This document shows, piece after piece, positions 6,155 through 10,546 of a DNA stretch of 10,546 bases. Location: positions 1 to 10,546 of the forward strand of contig RDOE01000101.1 in NCBI GenBank assembly GCA_011364975.1. The letters run 5' to 3'. The position numbers and the translations under genes were made by a program. Every line of letters begins with the position of its first letter. Position 1 is the stretch's first letter. The notes below the pieces were generated by a model, which saw nothing but the letters and a program-made list of their open reading frames with translations, did no database searches and was not told the DNA's origin. The stretch comes from Promethearchaeota archaeon (GTDB lineage Archaea > Asgardarchaeota > Lokiarchaeia > Sigyniarchaeales > SOKP01).

Positions 6155-9100
6155 ATGTACAAACGAAAATATCGAACAATTCATGGAAAGGCTTTAGTTT
6201 TACTTTCATTTCTTCTTGTATCAATGGTCTATGGTAGCATAACGCTTTTTATAGTCAACCTATCTGATAATACGATGAATTTAGATGAAATATCTGGCTT
6301 TAATAACCCCGAAGAAGTAAGTTCTCCAAGAACGAACGCCATTAGTCTTGATTCTTGGTGGAATGCCTCATTTTTATATCGGAGACTATTAAATATTACA
6401 AACTTGTATACTGAGGATTTAGTTGATTTTACAACTTCAATCACATTTGATTATAGTGAGTATGTTTCAAGTGGACATATGAATTCAAGTTTATATGATA
6501 TAAGAGTAGTAGAAAATGGAATTCTGAGAGATTATTATTATGAAATAGATTATCCAAATCCTAATTATGTGACTTTGTGGTTTAAAACTAATTGTTCCGC
6601 TAGTTCAACCGAATACGACACATTCTTATATTATGGTAATAACACGGTTGGTCGAGCGACTAGTTATTATATGTCACAAAATCCTGAAGGGTTAATGTGG
6701 TATTCATTTGATAATGATTATCCCGGACTTATGATTGATAAACTGAATAATTATAATGCTACGGCTTATAATAGTCCAACTCATACTACAGGAAAAGTAG
6801 GCAGCTATTCTCTCAGCTTTAATGGAAATAATCAATATTTAGGAATAGAAGGAAAAAATTATAATACAGTAGGAGCGATTAGCCAATTAACTGTTTGCCT
6901 TTGGTTTCAAACTTCTTTTATTGGAAGTAGTTATAATGACAACTGGGCATTCTTTGATTATGATCGGTCAGAATATTTTAACTTTTATATTCGAGGAGAT
7001 AATGGACAATTAGGTTTCTCTTCAGCTAGAAGTGGTATTGATGATTTTTATAGCAACACTGGAACTTTGAATGATGGGGATTGGCATTTTGGAGTTGCTG
7101 TTTATGATGGAATAGATAAATACATATTTATTGATCCTTCTTCGGGTCAATGGGATGCTAGAGACCTTAATTCCCATTCAGGATTAGCCATAGGTACAGG
7201 AACTTTGAGATATGGTATTATAGGAGATGGTTCTGAAGCAACTAGTGTTGGAACTCCTCGTAATAATATCTATTATCAAGGATTAATGGATGAGATAAGA
7301 TATTTCGAACGGGCACTTTCAGGAAAAGAAATTGAATGGTTATATAAAGGATACGAGCTACAAACAACATTAAATGAAGAACAAGAACAACTTGCTCAAG
7401 TAATTCTTACTTGTTATGATGTTGATAATAGAATCGTTCCAAATGCCGAATTAATTTTAATTAACGCAACTGATGGATCTATTGTTTCCATTCAATCTAC
7501 TTCGGCAGATGGTACTGTAGAATTCAATCAATTAGAATATGGTGCCTATAATATTACAGTAAATTACACTCTCAATGTTGGAACTGAAGATATTGTTTAT
7601 GATAGTAGTCAAAGTAAATATGGAGGGCCAATCCAATTTATGCTTACAGGCCTTTATCACACTTTTGATATTATTTTAGACTTATGGACAATTGATTTTG
7701 AGATTGTTGACTGGGATTATCAACCAATGAATCAAGGATTTATTACAATTTGTGAGACATCAACTAGTCCAGTAATTGAAACACTTAATTTAAATAGCGA
7801 AGGAAAGGCAACTTTCCGTTGGCATAATAGATCATCATACTACTATAAGGTGTATTATCAAAACGAAGACTATAACCCTACTTTAACTCCATTAAACGCA
7901 AGTGATATTTTTAGGAATGAATATATATCAAATCAAAAGTATTATACTTCCTATTTCAATGTAAATGAAACCAGTACAGGACCCGTTGGTTACTTTGAAG
8001 TAAGTGAACGAATTTACACTGCCGGCTCAAAAAATCAAATAACCGATAAAAAAATATTAAAAGCCAATATTACATTATCAAATATGGAGGAACATCTTGA
8101 TTCAGTAAAAATCTATTATGTTAATAGTGAAAATAAGACCTTTACTAGTGTTTCAGGAGATCATTTAATCTTTAAAAACACATCTTATGGTGTTGGGGAT
8201 AGTAGTGACTTTATTCAGCTTGATATGAGACATCCACAGACAATAAGTAATCCTTTAGTTGCTGACAATTATGAAGTTTATGGTCTGTATTTTGAAATTG
8301 AGGGGACTAACAGTACACAATGTAATGGGGTAATAAAAATTGATACACTTGAAACCCTTTACATTTTTAACAGGACGGAATTATCAAAAATATCAATTAA
8401 AGTAGTTGATGAACCACCGACCAGAATTCCAGTTCCAGGTGTGGTAGTTCATGTTTTCAATGGATCAATTACTGATTCTAATTCCTTAGTTAATTTAACT
8501 ACTGATCAAAATGGAATGGCATATGGACTACAAAATTCGGATATAGGATTTTGGTATAAAAGAGGTGTAAGTTATAATTTTACATTAGAATTTTTCGGAG
8601 AAAGCGATAAGGATTTTACTGTAAATTACACCTCTCCATCTCAATGGATGCCTTTATATCCTAATAGTGTGACTAAATATAATTATACGTTAAATAGCGA
8701 ATCTTCAATCATTTTTGAATTGATAATTGATTCAAGTGACTTTATAACAGAATTCTTGGAATCATTTGGCGATACATCTGCTGATTGGGGTCAGGATATT
8801 ACATATTCAGTGAACTATACGTATTCAACCGATGGAGGATCGTCTTGGTTTCCAATAAATACTGCTGATGAAGTTAAACTAACTATTAAGGATTTTGATG
8901 GTGTAATTGTTTTCTCAAAACCTTTAGCACCTTTGGGTAATGGTAATTTCACCACTACACTTGATTCTGGGATTTTATCAGCAGGTTTTGAGAGTAGTAT
9001 TTATACTATTGAAATTACTGGAAGAAAAGCAGGATATGGAAATCCAGAGAAAGTAATATTCGTGCTTCAACTCTATGCGACTCTAACTGGTTCAAGTATT

Positions 9101-10411
9101 CACGATTATGATAATATGCCTCAAGAAATTTCTCGTGTAACTCAATATTATAATGAATTGGTAAATATAACTACCTCATATTATCCATCATCTAGTCCTA
9201 GCACGTTATTACAGGGAGCGATATTGAGTTATAGTTGGGATTATGGCTCAGGTTTCAATATTGGCGAAGATCTAATTAATCCAGGATATTATACTTTTGA
9301 AATAGACACCTCCTTAACCCCAACTACTGGAATATATAGTATAGATATAAGTATTGAACTTGAAAATTATACCAGAAGTAACTTCGCAATATTTCTTGAG
9401 ATAATTCCAAGACATACTGATTTAAACGGTACAAGTAGCCTATATCATGTTTCTAAGGATCTCTGGGTAAAAGATTCTTTCAATTTTACCTTTGAGTATA
9501 AGGACATAACAGGGACATCAGATTATCGAATTGAAAACTCAGAATTAGCCTACTACTATTGGTACCAACTTGCAGAGGATGGAAGCCCCTTAGGGAGTCC
9601 AAGTACAGATATTGATTTAATTGAAACAATAGATAACTTATATTTGATCGATTTTGACACAGCAAACAGAGATGTAGGGAAATACGCCCTGTTCGTTACA
9701 ATTCAAAAAAATAACTATGAAGTAAGAAATGCTTTCATCAATTTAGAGATAAAATATAGAACTATTGCTCACTCCATTACTGCTGTAGGTTTAGAAGGTT
9801 CCCAGATCAACGTTATTCAAGGTGATGATATTATGGTAACCTTAGATTTATCAGATGAGTCAAGAAGCTTAGATCCTCTTATAAATGCAACCATAATTTT
9901 AATGGTTGGGGGAAATTCATATCAATTTACTGAAGTAGGTAATGGTCAATATCAATTTGTTTTTCCGACTGATAATATCGATGCATTCTTTATGCCACAA
10001 TTTCTTCAGGCTAGCATTACGATATCTAAAGAAGATTATATTTCCAAAGAACTTAATCTTACTTTTGTCGTTGGTATGCCGGAGATCTTTCCGGGATTTC
10101 CGATGTTCTATTTCTTAATAATAGTTATTGGAGTTGCTGCGGTTGTGGGTAGTTTAGTGATTTATCGCCAGATTCAAAGAGCAAGAATTCCAACCTTCGT
10201 TAAGAAAGCAAGAGAAATGAGCAAGAACATCAAGGGAAGGAAATCAATTTCAGACTCACTTATATATCCTTCTAAAGAAGAATATATAACCAAAAAACTT
10301 GGTGATAAATGGGCTATGCTTGGCTTATCATTAGATGATGTTTATGGTCTTGAGGGTAAGAAGAGAAAAAAATTACCCGAAGTAACTGAAACAGAAGGAG
10401 GTGGTATGTAA
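6155..10411 (+). CDS. Large membrane-anchored cell-surface glycoprotein: DUF2341-like + LamG/ConA-like lectin + Ig-like/carboxypeptidase-regulatory-like beta-sandwich domains + C-terminal TM + cytoplasmic tail
   Basis: Basic N-terminus and hydrophobic helix (aa ~13-35); WWNASFLYRR...DIRVV...TLWFK...YYGN (DUF2341-like); WYSFD...GKVG..SLSFNG...LTVCLWF...NDGDWHFGVAVYDG...YQGLMDEIRYFERALS (LamG); PNAELIL...TSADGTVEF..LEYGAYNITV; many NxS/T sequons; TM at aa ~1317-1337; ~80-aa basic tail. Confidence 0.88.
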   Translation: MYKRKYRTIHGKALVLLSFLLVSMVYGSITLFIVNLSDNTMNLDEISGFNNPEEVSSPRTNAISLDSWWNASFLYRRLLNITNLYTEDLVDFTTSITFDYSEYVSSGHMNSSLYDIRVVENGILRDYYYEIDYPNPNYVTLWFKTNCSASSTEYDTFLYYGNNTVGRATSYYMSQNPEGLMWYSFDNDYPGLMIDKLNNYNATAYNSPTHTTGKVGSYSLSFNGNNQYLGIEGKNYNTVGAISQLTVCLWFQTSFIGSSYNDNWAFFDYDRSEYFNFYIRGDNGQLGFSSARSGIDDFYSNTGTLNDGDWHFGVAVYDGIDKYIFIDPSSGQWDARDLNSHSGLAIGTGTLRYGIIGDGSEATSVGTPRNNIYYQGLMDEIRYFERALSGKEIEWLYKGYELQTTLNEEQEQLAQVILTCYDVDNRIVPNAELILINATDGSIVSIQSTSADGTVEFNQLEYGAYNITVNYTLNVGTEDIVYDSSQSKYGGPIQFMLTGLYHTFDIILDLWTIDFEIVDWDYQPMNQGFITICETSTSPVIETLNLNSEGKATFRWHNRSSYYYKVYYQNEDYNPTLTPLNASDIFRNEYISNQKYYTSYFNVNETSTGPVGYFEVSERIYTAGSKNQITDKKILKANITLSNMEEHLDSVKIYYVNSENKTFTSVSGDHLIFKNTSYGVGDSSDFIQLDMRHPQTISNPLVADNYEVYGLYFEIEGTNSTQCNGVIKIDTLETLYIFNRTELSKISIKVVDEPPTRIPVPGVVVHVFNGSITDSNSLVNLTTDQNGMAYGLQNSDIGFWYKRGVSYNFTLEFFGESDKDFTVNYTSPSQWMPLYPNSVTKYNYTLNSESSIIFELIIDSSDFITEFLESFGDTSADWGQDITYSVNYTYSTDGGSSWFPINTADEVKLTIKDFDGVIVFSKPLAPLGNGNFTTTLDSGILSAGFESSIYTIEITGRKAGYGNPEKVIFVLQLYATLTGSSIHDYDNMPQEISRVTQYYNELVNITTSYYPSSSPSTLLQGAILSYSWDYGSGFNIGEDLINPGYYTFEIDTSLTPTTGIYSIDISIELENYTRSNFAIFLEIIPRHTDLNGTSSLYHVSKDLWVKDSFNFTFEYKDITGTSDYRIENSELAYYYWYQLAEDGSPLGSPSTDIDLIETIDNLYLIDFDTANRDVGKYALFVTIQKNNYEVRNAFINLEIKYRTIAHSITAVGLEGSQINVIQGDDIMVTLDLSDESRSLDPLINATIILMVGGNSYQFTEVGNGQYQFVFPTDNIDAFFMPQFLQASITISKEDYISKELNLTFVVGMPEIFPGFPMFYFLIIVIGVAAVVGSLVIYRQIQRARIPTFVKKAREMSKNIKGRKSISDSLIYPSKEEYITKKLGDKWAMLGLSLDDVYGLEGKKRKKLPEVTETEGGGM

Positions 10412-10414
10412 GAT

Positions 10415-10546
10415 ATGCCAGTAGGTTTAGTTGTTATGAAATGGGATGAACGAGTTGGTACGGAAATATTAGCTAAATATCCAGAAGAAATTTCAGTCAC
10501 TGACAAAACTTTAATGCAAGTTTATAGTACGCATGAATATTCTGGT
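10415..10546 (+). CDS. 5' end of a longin/uDENN-like domain protein (MPVGLVVMKWDERVGTEILAKYPEEISVTDKTLMQVYSTHEYSG...), truncated by the window
   Basis: Strong RBS GGAGGTGG at 10397-10404, ATG 3 nt after the upstream stop, and 44 open codons. The pattern hydrophobic strand, [WF]DxxxG, xxIxxxYP, helix resembles uDENN/longin N-termini. The CDS is secure; the fold call is tentative. Confidence 0.7.
   Translation, partial: MPVGLVVMKWDERVGTEILAKYPEEISVTDKTLMQVYSTHEYSG

Noticed and set aside
6229-6444. 71-aa minus-strand ORF
   Set aside because: Antisense shadow within the large surface protein.

Overview
AT-rich archaeal chromosomal window. The gene content points to Asgard archaea, most likely Lokiarchaeia (inference): eS25, an intron-containing tRNA, an Arf/Rag-like GTPase, a Bud23-like methyltransferase, GGTGA-type RBSs and many TTG/GTG starts. 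In order: 5' end of a minus-strand gene; two paralogous membrane-anchored left-handed beta-helix (LbH) acyltransferase-like genes; a ThiI/TtuI-like THUMP protein with a degenerate PP-loop; a MoaD/SAMP/Urm1-like GG-terminated protein; a small GTPase with mixed Arf and Rag motifs plus a C-terminal extra domain; tRNA-Ser(CGA) with a 21-nt intron; eS25 divergent from a Bud23/WBSCR22-like rRNA methyltransferase; a 1418-aa surface protein (DUF2341-like, LamG, Ig-like, C-terminal TM, cytoplasmic tail) followed after 3 nt by a truncated longin/uDENN-like ORF. No mobile element or CRISPR array was seen. All family calls are by-eye motif recognition, not database searches.
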